Assembly (NCBI RefSeq): GCF_006345805.1
Contig: NC_043004.1
Location: 96,348,001-96,412,000, forward strand
Direction: 5' to 3'
DNA length: 64,000 nucleotides
Source: Octopus sinensis
Taxonomy: Eukaryota
The notes under the pieces were generated by a model. The model made no database searches and was not told the DNA's origin. It saw only the letters and a list, made by a program, of their open reading frames with translations. The number at the start of each line of letters is the position of its first letter. Position 1 is the first letter of the stretch. Made by a program: the position numbers and the translations under genes. Shown here piece by piece: positions 51,346 to 64,000 of the stretch.

Positions 51346-51897
51346 GTAGTATTAATACATTTATTTTTACCTATCATAAGCAAAAACAATGGCCTCTGGA
51401 CTACTAAAGGTTGAAAGCTGGACAAAGGATCCGAGGAAAAAAACAAATTACATGAAGCTGGAGAACGTCAAACGTCGTTGTTAAACTTAGCACATCGGTG
51501 ATTTGTATAATAATAATAATAAAAAAAAAGAAAACAAAATAAAAGCTTCTGCCATGACAACCTTGTTGTTGTTGTCTACCTATCAAAGAGAAATCTAACA
51601 AATAGTCGAAGAAGTCATGGATGTTGAACTGATTAACTGCGACGTCTAAGGAAGGTAAATACGATGAAATAACTTGAATGGAGAACCCCAGAAAAGAATA
51701 CCATGAAGAACTTCGAGAAGACAATCCATTAAGACATGAACAAAAATAGCTGCTTAGAACGAGAAAAGCTCAAGTAAAAACTCAACACCAGAGATGTGTT
51801 GGTGCTGCAGATACGATGTTAAAAGGAATTTTAAGGTTCTTCTCTCAAATACCCTCCATCGGTTATTTAGCTAATTAACGTAAAATTCTCTAAAATA

Positions 51898-52293
51898 ATC
51901 TTTTCTACTCTAGGCACATGGCCTGAAATTTTTAGGGGGGGGGCAGTCGATTAGATCGACCCCAGTATGCAACTAGTACTTAATTTGTCGACCGAAAGGA
52001 TGAAAGGCAAAATCGACATCGACAGAATTTGAACTCAGAACGTAAAGACAGACGACATACCGATTTCTTTACTACCCACAAGGGGATAAACACAGAGAGG
52101 ACAAACAAGGACAGACAAACGGATTAAGTCGATTACATCGACCCCGGTGTGTAACTGGTACTTAATTTATCGACCCCGAAAGGATGAAAGTCAAAATCGA
52201 CCACGACAGAATTTGAACTCAGAACATAAAGACAGACGGAATACCACCAAGCCTTTCGCCAGACGCGCTAACATTTCTGCCAGCTCGCCACCT
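51898..52293 (-). mobile_element. Two tandem SINE family B copies (different tail subtypes)
   Basis: Two reverse-complement bodies, each with GAAAGGATGAAAG...AGAATTTGAACTCAGAAC. Confidence 0.85.
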
Positions 52294-52867
52294 TATATCT
52301 GTAATATAATGAGATAATATCAGGAAGATATATAAATCTATACATCGAAATAAATTTAAGAAAACTATTAAAATGTGGAGTTTTCATGCGTTCAGTTTAG
52401 TCATTATAACATAATAATTTCTCATTGAAAGTATTGTGTCAAATAAATAAATAAATAGAATAAAACACTGCTATAGAGAATCAGTGCTAAATAGAGTAGG
52501 GCTGAGTGGAATGTTACTGATCCTGTCAATATATATCACCCAAAATAGGTATGCATATGTATACACAAATATACGCCCATGCACAGTCATACGTGGGTGT
52601 TTGCGTGTGTGTACATCATTTTTAGGCAAATCATAATTCGAAAGAGGGTCATTAATGCAGTAAGGCAAGGAAATAATGACAATATATACATAATTCTACA
52701 CAAAAAATAAAAATAAGGATTTAAAATAAAAATAAGAATTTTAACGACTACATTACAAATTCTGAAAACGAACAGAATTTGTCTGATATATATATATATA
52801 AATAAATATATATATATATATATATATACATCATCATCATCGTTTAACACCCGCTTTCCATGCTAGC

Positions 52868-52906
<39 letters not shown>

Positions 52907-54654
52907 GTGAATTTTGCCACATAGATGTGAAGAGCTTCACTGTAAAATGCATGGCTTTTCATCTCCTATATATGATCCAAACTATACTTGGATCTTTGAT
53001 TAAAAAGTTCATATTCTATGTTACTACTTTCCAAGCTCCAAATGTAGGTACACAGTGAAGTCTTATTTCAACTAACCAGGTTCTGAAGCGAATGACTATG
53101 CATATTGTACCTGGATTTAAATCGAATACTTTTAAAATAATAGACTCCTTACTAGTTTTAGGGAATTTAACTGTACATTTATAGAGCAGTTATTTTTTTA
53201 AATGGTATTTTAGTTTCCAATATAGCTATAATTATAATTGAACATGATAATATGATTCTTTAACTTAGAAACATTTGATAAAATGAAGATTTGTTTACGC
53301 TTTAGTGTTGGAAAATAAGGTAATTTAACAGTAATCTGGGAAATATCTTGTAAGACCTACACCCTAAAGAAAATTGCTGGTTATGATGGTCAAAAACTGT
53401 GACTGCAATTGGGGCAACTTCTATATTAAATAGTAGATTATACTAACGAATACAACGGGGTCTATTATTCCTCATTCTATGCTCGTAGTTGGTAGAATAC
53501 ACCTTTGCCTTGCATTATTTACAATGAACGGATAGGTGTCCTCACCTTTTTTGTTGTTATCATGTTTTGGAAGATGTACTCTTCTGTCTTCATGAGGTGT
53601 TCTGGTGGAATTTCAAACCTAACCTTTTATTTGACTAATGGGGTACACTTTTCTCATTCCTAAGGTATGTTGCTGATGTTATTTTTCTGTTGATATTAGT
53701 TTTCATGTCCCTGCCTGGGATTGAAATTGAACTTAGAATCCAAGGGTTAGAAGCCTGCACCTTTATCCATCACACTATATACCCATGGGCATAAGTGCGG
53801 GCTATTAACCCTCTGATTCTAAGTTCAATCCCAGGCATCCCCTGGATTAATAATGTGGGCAAAATATCACTAAAGCTCTCTACAGATACAAATGCACTAG
53901 GTGAACAAAACATCTAGTGATTGGTATTGAACTCCAACTAATCCAAAGTCGATATCCAAAGACAAAATTCCTCACCAGTCGAATTTATAAATCTGTGATT
54001 GCATTATTGAGTTAATGTGCTATGTTTTTTACAGAGTGATATAAACAAGATAGCCATAAGTAAAGGGCTTTTCTGATTCTCTAACTGTTCTGCCAATCCA
54101 CAGCCCTAAATCTATGTTTAGCAATTTGGCAGGAGGGAGCTGACCAATTACATCAACTCTAATACTTGACTGTTACTCTGAAAGTACCTCTATGGGATTT
54201 GAACTCAGTATATAAAGCTGCAAAAGAAATGCAGTAAGTCATCAATTGTTAGATTCGCTAGAGTACTAAATGAAAACTATTTCATCCAGTACTCTAAAGA
54301 ATCTGTCAATTACTGGTTATTTATTATATTTCAGTCAGAAATTGATGAATTTGCAGACTGCTAAATTTTAAATTTATACTTTACTTTTATAAGTAAATAT
54401 GAAGTTTGGTGTCATATAAAACACAATTAATGCACCACTATTCTCTGTTAATGATGACAGTTACAGACGTTTTGTTTTGTAAGCACAACTTAAAGAAACA
54501 GGACACAAGTAATTTTATTCAAAGTATTACAGTTTTTGTTTATACCTATGTGAGTTAGGAAAGGTGAATTTAAAGGTCTGGTTTAGTTCATGTTGAAATA
54601 TCAAAGATGTTCACAAACGTTTATTCAATGTACCTCTTAATTAGAAATTCTTAC

Positions 54655-54773
54655 TATTTTCCAGATAAGAACCATATACACCATTAGGAGATGATATGAA
54701 ATATAGTTATGGCTAGGATCATAATTAAGTGACAAATGCAGACTTAACAGTGGATGTAACGTTGTTATCTCAT
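54655..54773 (-). CDS. Candidate internal exon (119 nt)
   Basis: Strong acceptor GCTTTACTTTTTTCTTTTAG| and donor ATA|GTAAGA; only one frame is open, xEITTLHPLLSLHLSLNYDPSHNYISYHLLMVYMVLIWKI. Confidence 0.35.
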
Positions 54774-54856
54774 CTAAAAGAAAAAAGTAAAGCTCAGAGA
54801 AGTTTCTTCAGATATTACACCACTTGCTATCATTTGTTGCATTTTTGTTGCGGCTC

Positions 54857-55278
54857 TCTTTTACTTGTTTCAGTTATTTGACTGTGGCCATGCTGGAGCA
54901 CCACCTTTAGTCGAGCAAATCGACCCAAGGACTTAATCTTTGTAAGCCTGGTACTTATTCAATCAGTCTCTTTTCCTGAACTGCTAAGTTATGGGGACGT
55001 AAACACACCACCGTCAGTTGTCAAGCAATGTTGGGGGGACAAACACAGACACACAAACATACACACACACACACACATAAATATATATATATATATATAT
55101 ACACATACATATATATGACAGGCATCTTTCAGTTCATGTCTACCAAATCCACTCACGAGGCTTTGGCTGGCTCAAGCTATAGTAGAAGACACTTGCCCAA
55201 GGTGCCACTCAGTGGGACTGAACCCAGAACCATGTGGTTCATAAGCACGCTACTTACCACACAGCCATTCCTGCACCT
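54857..55278 (-). mobile_element. SINE family A
   Basis: Full-length reverse-complement copy. Confidence 0.9.
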
Positions 55279-55579
55279 ACAAAATATATGTAAAAACTTC
55301 CTAAGCTGGATATTCTAGCAATATAGTACTCAAGATAGTCTCTACCTCAGAGAAAAATATGAAAATTGAACTTGAGATGATTGTTTCTTCCTTGGGTCTG
55401 TAACCCGAGATTCTTTGCATGTGGAGATGTAAAAGAGATTGCAGAATTTACGTCTTCATCTACATTATCGACATAACTAAAGAACTGACATTGTTTCAAT
55501 ATTTGTTGGAACAATGTTGCAATCACAGTTCATTGCCTTACAGCACCCACTTAAAACAACCACAACAACATCAATAATA

Positions 55580-55655
<76 letters not shown>

Positions 55656-56101
55656 TAAGATGATTATGATGACAATGAAAGCTTATTTCATTTCATTGAA
55701 TAGTTAACCAAAGTGCTTCAAGCACATTGCCGATAAACTTTTCAAACTGATTAATATAGAACAATCATAGTATTAGACACTGTACTGGTTTGATTGCAGT
55801 CGAAGTTTGAAGGTTTAGTCGGCTTAATTAAACTCCTTACTGTAATAGCTACTAACTGGATAGCTTGCAAAATTCTGCCTCGGGGCAGAAACCTGGTGTA
55901 ATGAAACTGAACTAAGAGTTTCTTTCAGTCTAACCAACTCCATTAATCATGCTCAAAATTGTTTTATTTTTAAACGATTTAATTATGCTATTGTTTAATA
56001 TCAGATTCTGTGGAATAGAATTTCCACATTTTGCCCAAAATTCATTACAGCATATTATTATCAATGTTTTGTAGTGACGTATGCATGTGTATATACACGT
56101 G

Positions 56102-56198
<97 letters not shown>

Positions 56199-56980
56199 TA
56201 TATAAATATATATGTATACATATATATATATACATATACATATGTATATATGCTTATATATATGCATACAAACATATGCAACTTTATTATTACACACACA
56301 CATGCATACATATATATTGCATTTATGTTTTACACTATACACGCACACATATATAGAGAGACACACACACACACTGATACATATATACACACAGATACAT
56401 GCTCATGCGCATACATGTATGCATGTAAATGTGTATGTGTGCATCTATATGTGTCTGCAGAAATTGTATAAGCATACATAATTCACACACATGTAGGTAT
56501 TCACATGCACATGTATCTGTTATCAATGTTTATTAAATTGAAAGCCAATAAGAGGAAATAGTGATGAAGATATAAATTTGCAGAAAGAGATTTAGAATTA
56601 GATATGCTGTTACCTATTCAGCATATATTTTAGTTAAGCTTAAAATGTATTTATTAAATCATACACTGTGGGTAGAGAAAGGTACAGTGTTCAAGTCTTC
56701 CAGAGGAATTATTGTATCAATTTTTATATTATGATTGTAATATTAAGTGATCACAACTATTCTGAGATACGTTCAGTCTAATTTATGTCTATACTTGAAA
56801 CAGAATTATTATATTGAAGTAATTTGATATACTTCATAAAAACTTCCCCATGCACATTTGTGATTTAAGTGAACAGAACAACTAACATTTGATATTATAT
56901 TATAGACTGAACTCTCCTCTTTCTAATTTTTACTTGTCTATGCTTGATTTTAATCTATATCTCTTTCCTTATTCTTCTCT

Positions 56981-57784
56981 GTTCTTTCATAAGATGTGGT
57001 GAGTTGCTGTTTTTCAACTATGAGGAAGCAGACAAATTGATCAAAAAAATTACCTGCTTCAAAACAAATTAGTAAATGGCGAAGCATTCTACAAATCTAA
57101 GCGTCCTACAGATTTGTGTAACCTTAATGTTTCTTAAGCTGAATCAGCATAAAACAGTGTTTGACAAAGCTATATTTATAAATTTCCAGCACAATCCACC
57201 TGACAACTTCTGTATGGTTTCTATCTATCCATATTCACTCAAGATGTGGGTCAACTAGATGCTATAGAAAATCACTTTTACCCAAGATATCTCAGAGTGG
57301 AATCAAATTTGGAGTCTCATAGCTGTGAAGCATATTTCTTAGTTATTCACCCAAAATTATAGAAACAGAATTACTTTTAGATGGCATTTAAAACATATTG
57401 TAGACATTGCATGGCTGAATATCTAATAAATATGCTTCACAGCTATGAGACTCCAAATTTGATTCCACTCTGAGATATTTTGGGTAAAAGTGATTTTCTA
57501 TAGCATCTAGTTGACCCACATCTTGAGTGAATATGGATAGATAAAAACCATACAGAAGTTGTCAGGTGGATTGTGCTGGAAATTTATAAATATAGCTTTG
57601 TCAAACACTATTTTATGCTGATTCAGCTTAAGAAACATTAAGGTTACACAAATCTGTAGGACGCTTAGATTTGTAGAATGCTTCGCCATTTACTAATTTG
57701 TTTTGAAGCAGGTAATTTTTTTGATCAATTTGTCTGCTTCCTCATAGTTGAAAAACAGCGACTCACCACATCTTATGAAAGAAC
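56981..57784. repeat. Long inverted repeat, 369-bp arms, 66-nt spacer
   Basis: Arms 56981-57349 and 57416-57784; the mirrored ORFs 57076-57258 and 57507-57689 differ at only 2 of 60 aa. Confidence 0.95.
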
Positions 57785-57997
57785 TAGCTAGTTAGGAAAA
57801 TCTCTATCACTGATGAAAGTAGTATTTATACTGAGAAGTAATATTTAATGTCGCCTAAACACGGGTGTCCCCTAGGAACTGATGATACTGCCATTTTAAT
57901 CCCAGGAGGAAATCTCCCTCAGCTGGTTTTTTGTCCACTCTGCACTCGGTATACATTGCAAGTGGGGAGAGAACTCCCTACTATTTTAGACACAAGA

Positions 57998-58046
57998 CCA
58001 CCAGACTGTATGGTTTCAACCTCTTTATGATCTTCCTCAGTGATGG
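57998..58046 (-). ncRNA. Minimal type I hammerhead ribozyme-like motif (decaying)
   Basis: ccauca-CUGAGGA-A-gauc(auaaaga)gguu-GAAA-c(cauaca)g-UC-uggugg; 6-bp stem I and a GUC triplet. Confidence 0.6.
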
Positions 58047-59509
58047 ATACCTGTCTGCTAGACATAACTGTAGTTCACTCCAGCTCACATTATATAGGAA
58101 ATAAGTGACACACAGTCACTGATCTCACAACGAGCAAACTAGCAGACAATAGAGGTCTAAAAGATTGAGTAGAAAAGATTTTGAACAGCTAATTTTGCAG
58201 TCAGTTAAAACAGTAGTTTAACCACTCAGTTATTATGTGTGCACGAACAATTTATACAACAGGTCTGTAACAATATTGACAAAGCATAGAATTTTATTGA
58301 CTTATTAATATTACTGCTAATGAGATTTAATTTTTAAATTCTTTTGCTGAAATCTTTCTGTAGAAACAAATGTTTTTACATTTCCAATAATTGCCTGATA
58401 TTCCTAGATATGATCTTTAATGAAGTAAGAATGGATTTATCAAATAAATGAAGACATATCATCAAGAAGAATACAGTTTGTTACTTTGAAAACAATATTG
58501 AGGTCAGTTGGATTTTAGACAAGATTTAGTAACATTCGTAGATGAGATGATTAAAAATCCACTTTTGCTTTTTGCTTTTTTCTACTGAAGTTAAAATTTG
58601 TATGCTATTTAATTCTTTAGAATTATAAGATGTTGATTTATTTTTCTGAAATAGTTATTAAATGATAGTTGTTAAGACTCATTAAGATTGAAGCCACAAT
58701 AAAGTGAAACTGAAATTGAACAACAATTAAATGAATAATATATTAAATAACTGTGTGTATATGTATGTATTGAGCATAATGTTTCTGTTTGTGTATAAAA
58801 TAAAATCATGTTTCAAAAATTAGTAATAATCTTAAAAGTTAATACAATACTTTCCAAAAGTCATGATCCAAATAAAGATATACAAAATACTCTTTTGTTC
58901 CAAAGAGAAATTCAGTTTCAATGTATTCTTAGGTTTCATTTCTGAAGGTTATTAGATTATAAAAGCATGAATGTTCTATTTAATGATTGCTGACCAACTT
59001 AGTCCTTTTTCAATAGATATCTCTAGCCTACAGTTTTCTACTATTTATTTATAATTAGTGTTTGATCATTCTCACAAGACAATACAACTGACACGACTGT
59101 ATTATACTGCACACCACTAAACTTGATCATAGCATAAACATCACTATCACCACCCTTATTGTTTCAATATTAATTTTTCCATGTTAGCATGAGTTGGATT
59201 GGTCTGAAGTACAGCATATTGTCCCACTTCTCAGTTACATTTCAACTTATCTGGAAAACTGATACTGTCAATTCCTTGTTTTTTCCCCCTCCTCTCTGGA
59301 TTCCATCCGTTGTTAACTTACCATACATTTCCACCTGGTACCACTTGTGCAATCATATCACATTTTCATAACAGCAAACTTCATTTCCTGCCTCATTCAC
59401 AGAAATTAGTAAATGCCATTAGTACCAAGTCACTTTTAAAGTTCAAATGCAAAATTCTACCTTGCATACAACTGTATAAACATTTTTGCAGTCAATGTCC
59501 GAAATATAT

Positions 59510-59884
59510 TGGAAGCACTCCGTCGGTTACGACGATGAGGGTTCTGGTTGATCCGAATCAACGGAACAGCCTGCTCGTGAAATTAACGTGTAAGTGGCTG
59601 AGCACTCCACAGACACGTGTACCCTTAACGTAGTTCTCGGGGATATTCAGTGTGACACAGAGAGTGACAAGGCCGGCCCTTTGAAATACAGGTACAACAG
59701 AAACAGAAAGTAAGAGTGAGAGAAAGTTGTGGTGAAAGAGTACAGCAGGGATCACCACCATCCCCTGCCGGAGCCTCGTGGAGCTTTTAGCTCAATAAAC
59801 ACTCACAACGCCCGGTCTGGGAATTGAAACCGCGATCCTATGACCGCGAGTCCGCTGCCCTAACCACTGGGCCATTGCGCCTCT
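59510..59884 (-). mobile_element. SINE family C
   Basis: Full-length reverse-complement copy. Confidence 0.9.
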
Positions 59885-60782
59885 ACACTGTTGTATTACA
59901 GTTCATATGTGTGTTGTATACAACCCAGAAGAAGAACATATTTGTTAGCAGCAGAGATATTACATTCTGCTGTAGATTTACGGTAGATAAATTAATTATA
60001 CAACATGGCTCCTTTAACTACTTTGATACAGTGGGCTTGCTCCATTAGAACTGGTTGCAACTACTCAATTACATATTACATACCTTCTGTATTTTAAACT
60101 TCCTGTGCACTCACAGAGATAAAAGTCTTCATATAAAAACGAAGTAGATTGGTCCAAATAATTAAATTATGCAAAATAGTTACATAAAAGTTTGGGACTA
60201 ATGAATATGAAGCCATTAAATCATTAGTCCTACCTTACAGACCCAAAGCTGTTTAATGTGATTACTTAACTATGATTATTGGTATGCATTATTTTACTTT
60301 TCTTGAGGTATTGCTTTTAATTTGATTTCTTAGATTTGGACTTGTCTCACCATGTTTAGAAGCATTGTTAAGAATCTGTTTCTGTGTATAATAAGAAATG
60401 GAGAACATTTTTTTTTGAAATAGCAACGTAACCAGATGGAAATATTTTTAAAGAAAATAACTCCAAAGAAATCATCAAAATTATAAATAGTAAATCCTTA
60501 GTAATAAATGCATAAAAAAAATATTTTCAACAAATAATTAACACTCAAGAGAGAAAAGCATTAGTCAAAGAATCCACTTAAACATACATGCACAGAACCT
60601 GAAATGCAATTTCAAAATGCTAACAAGAAAACAAAATTTTTTTAACAAACTTTGGAAATAACTAAATTTAAAATTATTTAGTTCAGATAAAATACTAAAG
60701 ATATCCAATCAGTCCATTTAGATTTATTTACTTGCCACAAAGCTTTCTCAAAAAAAAACCCACCTCACAGTTAACGACGACG

Positions 60783-60825
<43 letters not shown>

Positions 60826-60889
60826 ATAATAATAATAATAATAATAATAGTAGTAGTAGTAGTAGTAATAACAATAATAATAATAATAA

Positions 60890-62023
60890 TGCAGAACCAG
60901 ACAGTGGCTCTCGTGCCTTCTAATCTTAACTGATTGGAGGTGTTATCATGTACATTCTTTTGTCTTGATATAAAAGATGGGCTACAGCAAATATTCTGCT
61001 CAATACCACAGATTTGCTTGTCAGTTGTTTGACCGTAACCAATTGACCATGTCGCTTAGTGGCTGATGATGTGTGCATCTCTGATTATGAGCAGAAGTAG
61101 TGTGAGAGCATCATAGCCATGTGTTGAGAGGGATTCTTTGGGGTTTGAATAGTTCACCTCTGGAAACATGGGTGGTTCTTTCAACATCCTTAAACAACCC
61201 TTATTCAGGGACCGTTTGAGCAGGATGGGCTACTCAACCTGAAGAAAATTTTAACTGGGCCCCACCTGCAAGGTCATGTGCTGTTTATCTTGATATGAGA
61301 TCACCATGTCGCGCACATATGGTTGTGATGCATGTGCCTGGTGTACCTTTATCAGACGGGTAGTCATGATGGGTATATTGGGCTTCGTATATTTTACCCC
61401 AGTGTCACTTTGATGGCATGAACTGCTCTCTCACTCAATGATAATAATAATAATAATAATAATAATTCCCTGGTGCAGAACCAGACAGTGGCTCTCGTGG
61501 CTTCTAATCTTAACTGATTGGAGGTGTTATCATGTACATTCTTTAGTCTTGATATAAAAGATGGGCTACAGCAAATATTCTGCTCAATACCACAGATTTG
61601 CTTGTCAATTGTTTGACCTTAACCAGTTGAACATGTCCCTTAGTGGCTGATGATGTGTGCATTTCTGATTATGAGCAGAACTAGTGTGGGAGCATCATAG
61701 TTATGTGTTGAGTGGAATTCTTTGGGGCTTGGATAATTTACCTCTGGAAACATGGGCGTTTCATTCAACATCCTTAAGCAACACTTATTCATGGACCTTT
61801 TGAGCGGAATGGGCTACTCGACCTGAAGAAAATTCTAATTGGGCCCCACCTGCTAGATCATGCGCTGTTTATCTTCATATGAGATCACTATGTTGTGCAC
61901 ATATGGTTGTGATGCATGTATTTGGTGTACCCTTATAAGACGGGTAGCTAGGATGGGTATACTGGACATTGTATATTTTATCCCAGTGCCTCTTTAATGG
62001 CATGCACTGCTGTCTCACCCAAT
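60890..62023 (+). mobile_element. Two tandem repeat family E units separated and flanked by (AAT)n
   Basis: Units at about 60890-61441 and 61467-62023, GCAGAACCAGACAGTGGCTCTCG...CTGCTSTCTCAC. Confidence 0.9.
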
Positions 62024-63248
62024 AATGATAATAATAACAATAACAATAATAATAGTAATCATCATCATAATAGTAATTTCTTTATTAAATGTAGGGGCAT
62101 CGAGAGATGCAAAGATAGGAAACGTTCACTAGAGGGTTACAAAACAAAAATGTTAATGTGGAGTGTGAAGGAAAAAAAAAAAATTTGCAGATTACAAAGT
62201 GAGAGGATAAAAAATCTGATTCAATGTATTGAAGGAAGTATTAAGAATTTAGAAGATGCACATATGCATACCTACATGCATACATATATGTATGAATATA
62301 AAGAACAATATATACGAACATATATGTGCATATGTACACACACACATAAGCACACACACACACGATACGTATATGTATATATACACAATACATACAAACG
62401 CACATACTCACAAATTTGTATGGAATTAAGTAAAATATACGATAAAATATACACATCAATTGAAACAGAATGTAATTTAAAGAAATAAACAGGATCTTAG
62501 AATATCTGAATATGATAACATTTGCTTAACCATTTCTGAATTGTGTTCCAGTGCAACCAAATGCACCAGTAAACATTTTTTCAGATATCGGGTGTTGAAA
62601 AGCATCGACATCTTGAATGTATTCTCATTTAAGCTAGCTATAATACCTTATTTTTAATTTTACTAGTAATCTGGCTATTGTATATAGTTTATATTTTGAA
62701 CTTAATTGTTTAAGCATTATTATAACTGCTTCGAAATATCTGTAGCACCAGACATGCGTAATTTTGTCTACGGACTGTTTATTTGCTTTTCGACGACCAA
62801 CCAGTTCATTTTCGTTTATTTCATTACCTTCATTATTTTCCAGAGAAAAGATTTCGTTAACGTTTGGAAGATATTAATCCCCTTCGCCCTCTCTTTCTTG
62901 TTTTCTTCTGAGTTTATGACTTTTTTTATGCATCTTCGTATTTTCACTAATCATTTAGAAATTTTCGTTAGTACTTGTTTATTTTTTTCATCAACATCCT
63001 GAATGAGTGCTACTACCTGTAGGTACTGCTGGGGACGAGGTATTTGTTCGTTTATTTGTGATTTGGTGTTTGAAGATATTTCTTTTGTTGTCCCCAGAGT
63101 TTTTGGCCGATGATGCTCTGCAAACTGGATTTATTGTTCATTTAATTGTTGTTGCTGATTTTTTTTACCTTGATTTTGCTTAATTTTCCGCGTACTTCGA
63201 GACATTCAACTCTAAAATGTGTTTTCTCCAACGAATATAACGACTCAC

Positions 63249-63529
63249 CTTTTTGTCCTGTAGCATTAATTTTATGCCCTTTGTTTCAGCGCCTACTAAG
63301 TACAGTTCCTGTATGGCTCTGAAGCCATTAGGGCTTTCAAGACCATTTTGATGTCCATGACTACAGGTCATCTTTCCTTAAGCATACTTTGACCACTCTC
63401 ACTATAGGTACATGTCGTGTCCAATGTCTAGTTGCTACAGGCACGTGTCGTATCCGTATCCAGTGTCTATTATTGTGATTCTTATATTTCTTTGACACTT
63501 GGCTGAGTCAGGAATGTATAGAGGTACAG
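63249..63529 (-). CDS. Candidate exon (281 nt), possibly containing a start codon
   Basis: Acceptor CTTTCTGTTTCGTTTGTCAG| and donor AAG|GTGAGT. The ATG at 63371 gives 41 codons, MTCSHGHQNGLESPNGFRAIQELYLVGAETKGIKLMLQDKK, ending in phase 0. Confidence 0.3.
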
Positions 63530-63559
63530 CTGACAAACGAAACAGAAAGCTTATTACAA

Positions 63560-64000
63560 AAACTAGCACCTTTCTTGGCGAAGAATTCACAACACAGCAT
63601 AAAATAGTAGCCAGTGACTTTTGACTCAGAGCTATACATACGCAGAAACAAAAGATGACATGAAAAAGGAAGTTATGGAAACTAAACTATCACACATTTG
63701 GGAACAGATTTAGAAGAATTCTAATTAAGATATGTAGAGAGATACATCTAGATACATAAATAATAATTGGTTATTTCTGGAAAATAACGTACTTTGTGCT
63801 ATGGAGCTGATACGTGGTGAAGCAAAAATCTTTCTCCTCATAATGTTAGAAAAATTGCAAGACTCTTGCATTTGAACTCTACTACTGAATGATAGGGAGA
63901 CGTGGACCTTAAATGCAGAGAATTTTAGAAAACTGGAAAGAAACGAAGTGAACATGCTCGATTGGAGGTGCAGTGTAAGAGTACATGGAAAACGATATAA
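63560..64000 (+). mobile_element. RTE-clade LINE fragment with an internal deletion
   Basis: TFLGEEFTTQHKIVASDF...RKLWKL (end of the APE endonuclease) joined within about 200 nt to LLNDRETWTLNAENFRKLERNEVNMLDW (post-RT). Confidence 0.75.

Noticed and set aside
57076-57689. Paired 60-aa ORFs on opposite strands
   Set aside because: A by-product of the inverted repeat; no recognisable domain.
57808-57845. CTGATGAA-AGTA...TACT-GAGAA on the + strand
   Set aside because: GAAA is absent and no stem I or cleavage triplet could be paired.
8327-59884. tRNA-like A/B boxes in SINE heads
   Set aside because: They are embedded in multi-copy SINEs and no complete cloverleaf was found, so they are not called tRNA genes.
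60084-60130. LCECTGSLKYR resembling the RING-CH (MARCH) motif before a strong donor
   Set aside because: The conserved VH after GSLKY is absent, no other RING residues are present, and the phase is incompatible with the neighbouring candidate exon.
1-64000. CRISPR arrays, rRNA genes, prokaryotic operons
   Set aside because: None seen; the tandem repeats lack unique spacers and the context is eukaryotic.

Overview
AT-rich, repeat-dominated animal genomic DNA. The SINE families and microsatellite load suggest a coleoid cephalopod, probably Octopus; this is inferred from recalled repeat types, not from a search. No complete protein-coding gene could be reconstructed, and almost all listed ORFs are microsatellite or repeat read-throughs. 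The window holds about 40 SINE or SINE-like copies in 5 families, a decayed Gypsy LTR element with a nested CR1 3' end, two Penelope-like (PLE) remnants, and HERO-like (REL endonuclease) and RTE LINE fragments. It also holds mariner and maT (DD37D) remnants, non-autonomous Helitrons and a few low-confidence candidate exons. The most interesting signals are RNA-structural. (i) Three fold-back palindromes cluster at 32.1-33.3 kb between (TA)n tracts; two are homologous and carry outward-facing hammerhead ribozyme-like cores. (ii) All three hammerhead core strands occur in a rearranged, non-circularly permuted order in the 3' UTR of the HERO-like LINE at about 9.75 kb. (iii) A minimal type I hammerhead lies at about 58.0 kb, next to a near-perfect inverted repeat with 369-bp arms. 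SINE and TE boundaries are approximate unless exact junctions are quoted.
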